A stretch of DNA of 64,000 nt, from positions 754,708 to 818,707 of the forward strand of contig JALDTO010000266.1 in NCBI GenBank assembly GCA_023515725.1, written 5' to 3'. The DNA comes from Amoeboaphelidium protococcarum X5 (lineage: Eukaryota > Fungi > Aphelidiomycota). Shown piece by piece: positions 13,609 to 25,339 of this stretch (its first letter is position 1; every line of letters begins with the position of its first letter). The notes under the pieces are model-generated. The model saw only the letters and a program-made list of their open reading frames with translations, was not told the origin of the DNA and made no database searches. Position numbers and translations under genes: made by a program.

Positions 13609-15264
13609 TCACTATTGAGGTCTAGAATTTTCGTCTTCTTCACTAGACTCCCGTTACTTCCATTTTTAAAGAGTTTTTACAAAGGATGGGCGTTTAAGTT
13701 TCAATTTCTTGAGCAGTGGCTCTTTGTCCTCACTGGATGTTGTTTGAGACGCGCTCGTTAAAGCTCTATCGCGACCAGCTTGATCATCATCATCAACATT
13801 ATCTTAGAGATCACCCTCAGGTGGAATAACTTTCGGCACTTCATCAAACCTTACGTGATGATGTTTTGCGGTAGATTCATACCTGATAGGAGGAATTGGT
13901 GGCTGATATCCTGTGCTACTTTATCGTTACTTGTCGATTATAGTCTCAACAACAACAATACTGTCGCTAGTTGAACTTCTCTGATCGAGCGATGCTGGCC
14001 GCGGTAATGGTAGACGAGGAGTATCACCATTTGTTCCATTCCTCTGATACAATGACGACAATCTGTTCTATTTCTTGCCATATGATTCATAGAACGAGTC
14101 CACATAAGGTACTGGCACAAAAGCGCCGGCCATGATGAGCATACTTTCGCGCCCTGATAGCTGAACTGGCTTCCGACCATTGATTTAAGCATCAGATGTA
14201 ATCAAATACACACCTATGAATGTGATAAGACATCCCAGGAAGAACATAGTGACTTGATCCACCGTGGCGCCTTCAAAGTCATTATACAGCATCGATGATC
14301 CAAGAACCGCAGTGAAGGTGAACGCAGCAAATTCAGCTGGGAGTACAACTGTTGAATCAAAGGCAGAGAGGGCAGCGTTTGTGAAGTACAACGTCAGCAA
14401 TGCAGTGATCAAGAGCACAAAAATCAACAAGTAGGTGATCCAATATGTAAAAACCAGATACAATGACAGGCCTAGCATGGACGATAGGGATTTAGTGGCC
14501 AGCACTGTTATTCCACTGAACAAGGAGGTAAGAGAGACCCTGATCAGTATGAACTTGTCACCAAGAGTCTTTTCTTCACCTTTTACTTTCAGACTATTTA
14601 GTGTCAATAGCACTAGAATGATGAACACTGTAACACCGCCATAGATGATAAATTGCAGCTGACATAGAGCTTGAACAATACCTTCCGGAGTCAGTTGAGG
14701 TTCTTCTGATCGGGAAAATAACACGATCATAGTGGCTCCAATACAAGCTACAATCATGCCAGCTAAATTTCTCAATGATATCTTCTCATGAAGGTACGCG
14801 TAACCAGATAGCGCACCAGATATAATTGACATTGTACCAAGTGGTGCAATGACAGACGTAGGAGCAAATCCGTAAGCCATAAAATTCAAAATCTCTCCAC
14901 AAACCAGCAGAGCAATACCCACCCACCATACTGCGTACTTTGTCACATTGACCATTGAGAATTTTTACTGTTCATCCGCATCAATTATCTACTGATAGAG
15001 TAAAGGGGTGTTTTCATCCACCTATTACTAAAGTCCATCAGCGACAACTTGCTCAATATCTCCATAGCCTGGTAGACCGCGACTATCATTGTTGTTTAGA
15101 ATTGTTTCATCTGCCGTCGCCGTCGTTGTAATTTCTTCAATCGCCCTGTTGTGAGCGCTCTTGCTTGCCGTGTAAGAGAGGCCGATCAATGAACTGCCAC
15201 AAACTGCAAGTATGACACCAATGAATGATGGATGCACATCTTCAATTTTACTATCGTCTGTCAT
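13609..15264 (-). CDS. NIPA-family Mg2+ transporter
   Basis: WWVGIALLVCGEILNFMAYGFAPTSVIAPLG and about 9 TM segments; frames join via TAR=Gln; TGA 13609-13611. Confidence 0.88.
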
Positions 15265-15466
15265 TTTATGATCAGATTCTGTTTCATAAACGTGAAAGTA
15301 ATAAACAAGCAAGTGATAAGAGTCAATTCACTCACGAATCGCCCATTGACCAATCCACCTTGTTTATCCTTACGCGTGATTGGACAAACCGCACAGGATT
15401 TAATCTACTTTTTAACATTCGATAGGGACGATTCGATTTTAGTCAAGCTTGGTATAGTACAAGACA

Positions 15467-16543
15467 ATGATTCCGATAACTATATTTACTGGATTTGTTG
15501 GCTCAGGAAAGACGACAGTCATAATAAATGCTCTGCGGCGATTACCCAAGGATATCAAAGTTGTAGTCTTGAAGAATGAGTTTGGAGATGACGCGGTCGA
15601 TTCAAAGCTGGTGGATATTTTAACACAAAGATCTACCGACTCTGATCAATCGGCTCAGACTGTTAGTAGAAACATATCATCAGTTAAAGAAATTGTTAAC
15701 GGATGTCTCTGCTGTGTACTGGTTGGTCAGTTGTAGAATGCGATCGAAGATATTGTACTCAATTATCAGCCAGATCGTATTATCATTGAGAGTAGTGGGA
15801 GTGCGCAACCTGCTCCGTTGGTGTGGCAGATTAAGCAAATGAGTCTGGGTGTTCAAGTTGATACTGTGATCAATGTGGTGGACGCGCTAAACTTTTCCGG
15901 TTATGAAGATACATCCTATACCGCGAAACTGTAAGCCAAATACACTGATCTGATAATGTTGAACAAGATTGAGCTCTGTGATGAAAGATAGTTGGATCTA
16001 ACTCTGGACCGCATCTATGAACTTAATCCAGATGCCAACATTCATAGACACATGCATTCAGATGGTGTAGATGTTGATTTGCTGTTTGGTATTCAATCAA
16101 AACTTGAATTGACTGATGATGTTGGTAAAGCTAGCGAACATGATCACAATACTGAAATTACCACTTTGAAGATATTGCGGAATAAAGTTGTGGATTCCCA
16201 GTTTATTGTTATTAAGAAGTTGGATTTGGAATCACTGTTGTCGGGTAACTTTATGCCCAAAGATCAATACTATCGCATCAAAGGTTACATTTGGCTCGCT
16301 GATGAAAGTGATCATGTGAGTTTGTACATTCTTAATTGGGCCTTTGGGAGATATCAGCTACACAATATTTAAGACTAAAATTTGATTTAGAAAATGACCA
16401 ATATCTCACTTAGTCTGACTGTAATGGGACGCGATTTGACCTCAGAGATTGATGGTGGCGTCTTGAAGGCTGTTGTTTAAACTGTCTCGCAGACATTCCA
16501 ATGCTCTGCTTCAGACATTCAAATTGTAAATTTGAGTCATTGA
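15467..16543 (+). CDS. CobW/COG0523 (Zng1-like) zinc metallochaperone GTPase
   Basis: IPITIFTGFVGSGKTT, NEFG, GCLCC, IIESSGSAQP, NK.EL, YYRIKG; TGA 16541-16543. Confidence 0.9.
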
Positions 16544-16865
16544 ATAATTAAATTTTGATCGACTTTACTCTTTTAATACTTATTTGGTTCACTTTTATAT
16601 CAAGATACTTGATAATAGAATACTTTAAAATCCCTTTTGTATTGGATAATGAACCACTTTACAGGTAGCCAGCCTCACGATCAGTTTGTTAATCAGCTGA
16701 GCGACCAATCGCTTCCGCTCAGTTTCTTCTCACGGCAAAGTCTACAATAAAATTCGCAATTTGTTCATCCAACCAACCAGCTTTTGTAACAACCATTTGT
16801 AAATAGCATTAAACTCTCTGGATAGAGTGAAATACCGGATAAGCTCATAAATATATACTCATTTA

Positions 16866-18074
16866 ATGTGCATATAATGGATAAAGCCAATCGCGGCTAC
16901 TTGTATCCATAACAATCTTGAGGCTGCTTCTCTAATGGTGGGCTACTCGTCTATTGTGCTCTGGATGTGCGCCCAACTACCTCAAGTGATTAAGAATTAT
17001 CGATAAAGCAATGCAGAATCGCTGAGCTTGTTATTTTTGTTTATTTGGTTTTGTGGTGATCTATCTAATCTGCTTGGCTGTCTATTCACTGATCAGATGC
17101 CATTTTAGTTGTATTTGGCCTGCTACTTTGTCTTTCTTGATCTTATTCTGCTATTCCAGTACTTGTACTATGTCACTTACAGGCAGCGAAGTTATCCTTC
17201 ATTCCAGCGATTGTTTAATACTCCGTATAAAGATGTGGATTATCCTAATGAGTATACTGGCCTTTTGGGTGACTAGTAAAGTGGATTAAAACGTCACCCG
17301 TAGCATCGTCATCCTAATCATTATCGAGTGTAAAGCCTTGGCGTTGGCAATAAGACTCTAAGGTACATGACATTCATATGTATGTTGATAGCTGTGACTA
17401 GCGGTCACTCTTAAAGTTAATTCCTCTCCGTATTTGGAGTCAAGAATCCTCCCGCTATTGAAGATCCGCCGTAAAGTTAATTTCCACCTGATGCTGGCCA
17501 TGGCGGTGGTAGTGGTGGTGGTGGAGATAAAACGCGTGAGATTGTAGGTACAGTGTTTGCCTGGATCTCTCTAGTCTCTTATCTTTGCTCTCGAATGCCT
17601 CAAATTATAAAAAACTACCAGTAATACGTGCAGAAGAAGATGCATGGAGTTGGAAATGGCATGGAAGGATTATCGATTTGGTTATTTGCTTTTGCCGTCC
17701 TGGGCAATCTCACTTACTCGCTGTCTATATTTCTCAAGGCTTACAGTGTTGACACTGGATCGTCATCCGATGGCTATGGCTCTAAATATATCATTGGCAA
17801 GTCTTTACCGTATCTCATGGGATCATTAGGAACGTTGGTTTTTGATTTTGTGATCTTTGCCCAGTGGGTAATGTACTCTGAGCCAGCAAGTACTTCCACC
17901 CAAATGCTTATTAATAAAGATCGTTCTCCATTCACTGATTTTGATAATTAGTCTTGTGATAGTGGGGATCTATTTCTGTCATATGATGATAATTGCGATG
18001 AGGTGTCTGCTCTATCAGAGGTTACCAAGACTCGAGAGATGCGCAAGCAGTCTTCATCGCGATCAGTAATGTGA
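16866..18074 (+). CDS. PQ-loop vacuolar/lysosomal cationic amino-acid transporter (Ypq/PQLC2-like)
   Basis: Two PQ loops: WMCAQLPQVIKNY..SNAESLS and YLCSRMPQIIKNY...EGLS; LPYLMGSLGTLVFD; TGA 18072-18074. Confidence 0.88.
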
Positions 18075-18384
18075 AATTATGATTTGTATTATACTTGAAT
18101 ATTAGAAATTGATTTTTTTAAAGGTTTGTATTTGACTTTTCAAGTAACAGCATGGTTTATCAATTATTTGTTTTAACGTGTGAATTGATCAATTTGATGC
18201 GAGATATTCTCCTCTGTATTTCAACCTTCCATAACGTAGTCAGTTCTCTTTCATAAAAAACACATTTGAATAAAAAAGAAATCAAAACTCAATATTGATT
18301 AAATATTTAAATTACTACTTATAATTCGCAGTATCATGCGCCAATAAAATTATATGTACAGTACAACTACAGTAGAGATACCAT

Positions 18385-19185
18385 TCAAGAGCATAATTGA
18401 TCGCGATATAATCGTTTGAGGACTAGAAAGTTCTATCGAAGACACTAGTAAGCATCCTATGCCCCGTTAATGCCACTCTAGATTTAGTATTCATTCATCT
18501 GTGCCATCATTGAATGTATAATATCATCGCAATTAGTCAAGTGATCTATAGAGGGATCGCCTTCTTCACTAACCGTATCATCACCATCACTAAGATTATC
18601 ATTAAGCCAACTAAGATTCTCAATCATTTAATTGACATGATTAAATTAACGCTTTATATACCGCCATTCTGATTTTTGTGATTTCTTTGCACCTAAGTCT
18701 TCCTGCTACTGAGTAACATCATCTTGATACGTAATATACTACTCATCAACAACTTCTTGGCATTCTATATTCCGTTCAGTACTACCTTCATCAATGGTAT
18801 CCACCTCTAATTATATATCGCTAGAGGGAATCTCAGACGCAGCCAGAGACACGTTGGGTGATTAACTCACGGCGGCGGCGATATCTGACTTCTTTTTTCG
18901 ACCACGACGCTTCTTTACGCCATTTTACGCGTCATTACTTTAGCCCAAGCTCTATTTAACACCATCACTGCCAATATCTCTAGATACTTGTCGCCTCTTT
19001 CGCCTGACATTCTAGCTATCATCAAGGCAGAATAAGCAAATGTAATCGGAGACATCATCTTCTAACCCGACGCATTAAGTATGTAGAAAGTATTTGCATT
19101 AATCACACTGCACATAATCAGATTCTTGTATATCATGCGCTTAATTATCACCAGATATTTAGCATATACACCTAAATGTCGGCAT
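18385..19185 (-). CDS. PHD-finger chromatin protein (266 aa, Cti6-like architecture)
   Basis: N-terminal C4HC3: RCIC...VQCDQCKYFLHTQCVG...YICLFC; basic NLS stretches RRKRR and KKRRGRKKK; helical C-terminus; absent from the standard-code ORF track. Confidence 0.8.
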
Positions 19186-19513
19186 CTTTATATCCCTTTG
19201 TTAATGAGGTTAAATGTGAATTTCAGTAGTTAGAAAGGATAAAAACAGGAGAAAAGAAAAATGCGGGCGGATCAATCATTCGTGCACCAAGTCCTTTTGA
19301 AATTTTTTATCCATAAAGTATTTGTATGATAGTTAGTCTTATTTTAAATACGATTATCAATGAGATTCTATATATTTTTACATACTCTTCAATACAAGTC
19401 AATAATCTAATTACTCGTTTACTTTATTGCCAATCTTCTGAGCTTGTCTCGATACCTTAACAATACCAATAACTCCTGAGTGGTTTTAAGCTGCGACCAT
19501 CCTCATTGATATC

Positions 19514-19559
19514 ACAATGAAATGATGACTGGTCGTGTCACATCTCATCATTGCATTGT
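19514..19559. repeat. 15-bp inverted repeat (14/15 match) upstream of the Fanzor ORF
   Basis: ACAATGAAATGATGA (19514-19528) / TCATCATTGCATTGT (19545-19559), 16-nt loop. Confidence 0.7.
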
Positions 19560-19616
19560 ATTCAATGCTTACTGACAGTGTTCTAATTCTTTCATCGCAA
19601 TACTGATCATTTGAAA

Positions 19617-21854
19617 ATGTAGCCAAGCCAAAAACGTGAATTATCTGCGGCTGCAAAGACAGCACTAGAAGATTTCAAAACTTAAGCATATCATCAAGAT
19701 ATTCCCGGATTTCTCTCCGTGTGTGCTAAGGTGATCAATGAAGTTGATATTCGGATAGTCAAAGAACTTGGCGCATCATCATTTGCCGCATTTGCTCCAG
19801 TATTTGCCCCTTGGTATAATACTAAATCTGAATGGTTTGGACATTATGTTTGGAATGGCAACACAGACGCGTTCAATTAACGACTGTTGTTAAAATGCAC
19901 TGACAAGGACTGGCAAATACCGTAATCTTAATAAACAGAACACTCCTTAACAGCAAAGTTCAATCCTAATTTGAATCGTAAAGACATGGGACAAAACGTA
20001 AGTGAGAGCCAGGAGAAGTAAAGTTTTAGTCAGGTGCAGCATTAAATTGAGAATATCATTGAATCCAAAATGCGGAATCAGTAGATTGCATCAGATACAG
20101 ACTCTCTAATGGCTAAATGGAAATCTAAGCAGTAATAGTCGTCATCTAAGAGTTTGAAGAAGAAGAAGAAGAAGAAGAAGAAAGTGCTACAGCTTTCGGA
20201 ATAATCTCTAGTGGCGCTGGAAAACATGAAACCAAAAATCGGCAAGATGAAAAATCGGCGTGAGATTGCCGAACTGAATCAGTATGATCAGATACGCTCG
20301 ATTAATATTCGTATATTCCCTGATAAGAAGTTCATACACAAATTCAATGAATGGCTGGATCTCAAGTTTCAAATGGTCAATTTCATCATTAACATTTTGA
20401 ATGATTCCAGAGATTAAGGAGAAAAGGTGTCAATACAAGCGCTAAGGAACCATGTTGCGCTAAGTTAAGTCAAAGCCATAAAGTGCCGCGTGCCTGATGA
20501 CGACCCAAGATTGCGTTGGATGCGAATGCCATCTACAGTGCAAGATGAGATTATTAATGCGACTCGCACGTATTACTATGCGGCTCAAGAGAAGTATACA
20601 AAGGGTGATATCAAAGACTACAACTTTATTCCAAATAGAGATGATGATTAGTTTTAGATGCTCCAGTTTCAAGCGTAAGATGCCCGTGTAGATCCAGATA
20701 GCAATCGCGTCCGCCTACTGCCTTCATTCCTCAAGAGCTTTGGGAAACTGTATGCCAAAGATCCTCTATTCTAAGAGCCTGGCAAGATTGACTACTGGCC
20801 CCGTTTCATCAAGTTTGGCTATGGCAGAGGAAGAGAGTTCAAGCTCGTGAAAAGAAGAAAAAAGTTCTTTGTGATTGTTTCGTATGATGCCTCCTGTATA
20901 TAAGGTCCATTCACTGATTGGTATTACTAGCAACTGCAAGATATGAATAATGCAGATGCGAATCTTGAAGGTGCTAGATCATTTATAAGCCGCCGTGATG
21001 CGCGTTGCCGTTAAACTGGAAACACTTGCTCGGTGGATCCAGGTGTTAGAGTGAGCATGACCGTCTTCGATTTGGATCGCAGGTCATTCATTGCGATTGC
21101 GCCTGATTTCAAGTAGCTTTATAAGAATAAGAGTGAATAGATTTCCAATGCATAGTCTCTGAAAGATTAGATGGATAATCGCGCAGCTGCTTTACAGAAT
21201 GGACAATTGAGTCTGGAGGAGTTTAAAGCGTAGAAGAAAGAATTATGGCACACATGGAAGTAATCAAAGAATAATGTTGTTCCCACTGATATTGGCATTA
21301 GTCGTGCTTACACCAAATTCTCTGCATATGTATCGAATTTGCATAACCGAATTGGCAACTTTTTGATGCGGCATTATGATCTAATCATTCTTCCCGAGTT
21401 TCTGACTATTAAGATGGTGAAGAAACTGAGAAAGCGTTTGAATCTACCTCCCGTTCTAAGTGATACGGCCGATGTACTGGTAACACACTCGCGTGGTTAA
21501 TAAAATTCTGGGCATATTCTCCATAAAAATACGCGGAAGACTCGATTGGCGTTTAGCCATTACAAGTGTCTTATGAAACTTATTGCAATGGCATAAGCTA
21601 ATATATTTAGATCTGGAAAGTAAGTGCTCGTGACAACGGAGGAGTTTACGTCGAAACAACATCTGTTTCAGAATGTGCTACATAACTGTCTTGGTGCTGA
21701 TGAGTACTTCATGTTGGGTGATTTTTGTGCATATCGGGATAATGTTGGATCATATAATGTTATGTCTCGAAGTTTTTCTAAGGAAGAAGTGAAATTGGTT
21801 ACTGCGAACTAAGCGGATTAGACACTATACAAGGAGTTCGTGATGTCCATATGA
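19617..21854 (+). CDS. Fanzor2/TnpB-family RNA-guided RuvC endonuclease (745 aa)
   Basis: Continuous frame with TAR=Gln. WED/HTH RSINIRIFPDKKFIHKFNEW; RuvC-I CSVDPGVR (D474); LHNRIGNFLMRHYDLIILPEFLTIKMVKK; LHKNTRKTRLAFSHYK; VTTEEFTSK (E675); RuvC-III YRDNVGSYNV (D708); poly-Lys NLS. Confidence 0.88.
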
Positions 21855-22060
21855 AGGTCTTGCAAGAGACTCTATTGCGCCTTGCTTAACATCTGATCAC
21901 TAAATCATAGAAGTGTTTTGTAATTGCTTATCGTTATGCTCGTACTATACTGTTACTCTGCTATTAAGGGGCTATGTGGGGACCCCAATGAAAAGATTGC
22001 TGGAGCTTTTTTAAAGTGTACCAATGATCGATTAACCCACATGCGCCTCAATTACAGTAC
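21855..22060 (+). ncRNA. Candidate omegaRNA scaffold region of the Fanzor
   Basis: Lies directly 3' of the Fanzor ORF. Nested complementarity: TGTAATTG 21919-26/CAATTACA 22049-56, ATGTGGG 21974-80/CCCACAT 22036-42, AAAAG/CTTTT, and the palindrome TCTTGCAAGA. Boundaries uncertain. Confidence 0.4.
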
Positions 22061-22599
22061 AATAAATACATCTAATATATATGAATCAATATTATACAAA
22101 TTTCGAGGGAATATAACCGTCGCCAATGATTTTGAATTGAGGTCCATCAAATTTCAGCAACTGGCACCAAACGTAATGGGGATGACGCGTCCTGTGAACA
22201 AGTACGTAATCTCCTTCAGAGGCCTTCAGCATATTATTGACCTCCATAAATGGTGATGACTACTTTGAATAATCCCGAATCACTCTTCCTAATACAGACT
22301 CTGCCATTGAATGAATTAAATTTATCTCTTATATCTATATATTGCGAAGATTAACTTTTACTATTCAGAGTGTAATAATTATTGTCTACGGAAGTTAACA
22401 GCCTCCAGAAAGTTGTTGGGATAAAGTCATCGCTAAATCTATGCACAATCTAAGGGGTCACCACCATTCAACGAATTTCGGATCACAGGTCGAAGGTATT
22501 TTCAAAGTCAGCTTTTTAATTTTACTTATCTATTACTTTTCCATTCTATATAGTTAGTATTCTGGCAATTCATACAGTATATTTCAAAGTCTTCATAAA

Positions 22600-24093
22600 A
22601 TGCGTGTCATCATCTCCATATTGTGCATGGTTCACATTATGTCGATACTGGTCGCGTCAGCTAGGTATAGAAAGCGTCTTCGAGTTGAAGATCCATTTCC
22701 TGCGGATTAAATGCATGACAGTGGTTTAAATGAAATATCTTAAAAGCTCTACACTTAATCTGATAGTCCTCCAGAATTTATAAAGGGTGAATCTGCTGAT
22801 CATTATTTTCGTCGATTATCACCGTATTGCACGCAAGATCTTGCTAATGTGCTGCAAGTGTCGCGTAGATTTAGTAGAGTCCTTAGTCATCTACCTAACT
22901 AATGGTGCCTGGAGTACCGGATGCTGTATCAATTATATCTCTCAATGTCTGAATTTGTTTCGCAGGATTTGAGACAGTAAATTCTGACGCGTCGTATCAT
23001 ACATATCGAATACTTAAATGATGGTATAAAAGATTTCTTTATATTGCTCTAAGATATTGCTGGCAAGTATGGAGATTGTTGGAATCGAAATTTGGTAGTT
23101 TTAGAGCTTTCTATTCTCGATATTGGATCATTAAATGAAGTACTGCAAATCTTGACTGAAATCGAATTCAATTAGCTTGATGTGAAAATACTAAGTATCA
23201 TTTACGTCGATCTTGAAATTGAGAGTTTTTAGACTCATAATGCTATCTCCTTGGATGAAAATTCCTAGATGGAAGTCTAATACTTATAACAAGCATTCTC
23301 TGATGAACTAGAGCAGTTCTCTAACTTGCATTCAAATGTACAAGTGAATATATTTTTGGAGTTGCAGCTGGATTTGCCATCGTTTGAAGATGTGGATTTT
23401 GATCTTCCAATGGTATTCGATGACTCTTTATCATAATACGAGAAGTACTGCTAGACTGTTCGTATGTTATGCTACATAGATACTGTCCCTGATCATATAC
23501 ACTAAATCTTTTTGGCGTTTGAATAAAAAGTCCCCAAAACCTTGCACTATATCCTTGAGTTTGGCGCTGATGTCTTGCTACACCATGAGGAAATGGTGCA
23601 CATGTATAACGATCTTGTTCTTACAGTTGGCGTTGAACGTGTCGTTGTTATATGTGCAGAGTAATGCGAACTCTTTGATGATTTAGAGCTCACTTATAAG
23701 CTGAACAACACCGCGGTTGTTAATATTGAGATGCAGATCTTCCGCCCATAGATTGAAGGACTTTAAATGTTTAGTTCTGTAGTAAAATAGGTTGCCAATG
23801 ATTGGCCATCACGTAAGGAGTTGATGGAAGATATTCAGATAAACATTCTTCAAAGTGAGAAATCGATTCAGGAATTCGCAGACTACATTGCTCCAATACT
23901 ACCTCTGATTAAAGCTAAACGTATCTCTGTTGTTTATGACTTCGTTTATCAACCACTGCCACATTTAAGAGAACGTCTTATGGATATTGTCTTGTAGTAA
24001 TAGATGCCTGCCTTCTCGGAAGGTGTTAGTATACTTGGTCAAGTGAAAATGGTAGACTAGTTTCAGCGAATACAAGACGAGGCTGAATCCTGA
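22600..24093 (+). CDS. Secreted protein, uncharacterised family member 1 (497 aa)
   Basis: Hydrophobic signal peptide; motif GESADHYFRRLSPYC..LANVLQVSRR..WCL shared with the genes at 25340 and 59154; TGA 24091-24093. Confidence 0.75.
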
Positions 24094-24412
24094 AGAAGCC
24101 CTATTACTGATGATGTTAATGCCCCTAATATAAACATAGAGCATGATTTGATAGATTTATTTTTGATACATATACAAATTATCCATTCTGAAATTTGAGA
24201 TTGGTCATGAGATGGCTGTAATTATGCAAAATTAATGTGAAATCACACTTCGTGTTACGCGTAGTGGTCAGCAGGCGTTACATGCTCCAATGATACGCGC
24301 CGAATCTACAATCAGTCATTTGATTCGTAGTACTGTAGTATCTTACATTCTTCTCTCTTAATATAATTGAATTGAATTAAACCCATTAATAGAATTAATC
24401 AAGTACATTAAA

Positions 24413-24973
24413 ATGATGATTTTTTAGAACAAGAAGTCTTTTACACTGATGATGTTCATTATGCTGCTTGGTATTACTCACGCTGAGACTGACGCGGCTT
24501 CGTGTGAGAATGGCGTGTCTTGCCCGGCTGGCCAATGCTGCAACAATGGCAAATGTGGCAATGGAGAAGCTTTTTGTGGCGTTGGATGTTAATCCGAGTT
24601 TTCTGACAACTGCTACCCTGACGACTATATGCGCTTCTCAACCTCTACTGATGGTACTTGCGGAAAAATCAGCAAGAATCACGGTAAGCTCTGTCCTCAA
24701 GGTCAATGCTGCTCCTACTGGGGATATTGTGGTAACGAAGAACAGCACTGTAGCGCTGGTTGTCAGAAGAGTTATAGCTTCAAAAACTACGATACTAGTT
24801 GTAAAGCTGATGTTAAGACACGTACATCTACTGATGGTACATGCGGTCCAGCTACGGACGGTTCATCCATTGTCTGCCCAGGCTCACAATGCTGCAGCGA
24901 ACATGGATATTGCGGTACGACGGATCAGCACTGCGGTACTGGGTGCAATAAATTGTTTGGCCAATGTCAATGA
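24413..24973 (+). CDS. Secreted triple hevein (CBM18) chitin-binding protein (186 aa)
   Basis: Signal peptide plus three Cys-rich repeats (CP.GQCC...G.CG....FC/HC..GC), e.g. CCSYWGYCG and CCSEHGYCG; no catalytic domain. Confidence 0.9.
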
Positions 24974-25339
24974 AATCTGCCCCACCCACGCTGATTATGT
25001 TTGAAGTTTTGATTTTAATAAAAATGATGAATGCAATTAGTATTTTATTTTTTGAATATTCGATACTTTGAGATAAACGAAACCTTGTCAATTACCTTTG
25101 TCATTACTTACACTTGAGTCCAATAAACTTTAGCACCTCATACCTTCAGGAGTATTTAATCGCTAAAACTTTCCGTTACCACGTGAACTTCGAAATGGTA
25201 TTTTAAAAATTCAACTTCCGACACTGAAATTTTAACTTTTAAAATGGCTCTCTTTCGACCAGCAAATTCTTTATTATTTAGATTAATAGGATACAGTCTC
25301 TCTGAATAGTTTCACAATATTGTTAGTGTACGCGTTATA

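Noticed and set aside
21924-22256. 110-aa ORF downstream of the Fanzor as a possible transposase or partner
   Set aside because: No recognisable motif, and it overlaps the candidate omegaRNA region.
19200-22400. Terminal inverted repeats or target-site duplication around the Fanzor
   Set aside because: Only weak AT-rich similarity was found by eye (ATTTGTATGATA near 19320 versus the reverse complement near 22095); not convincing.
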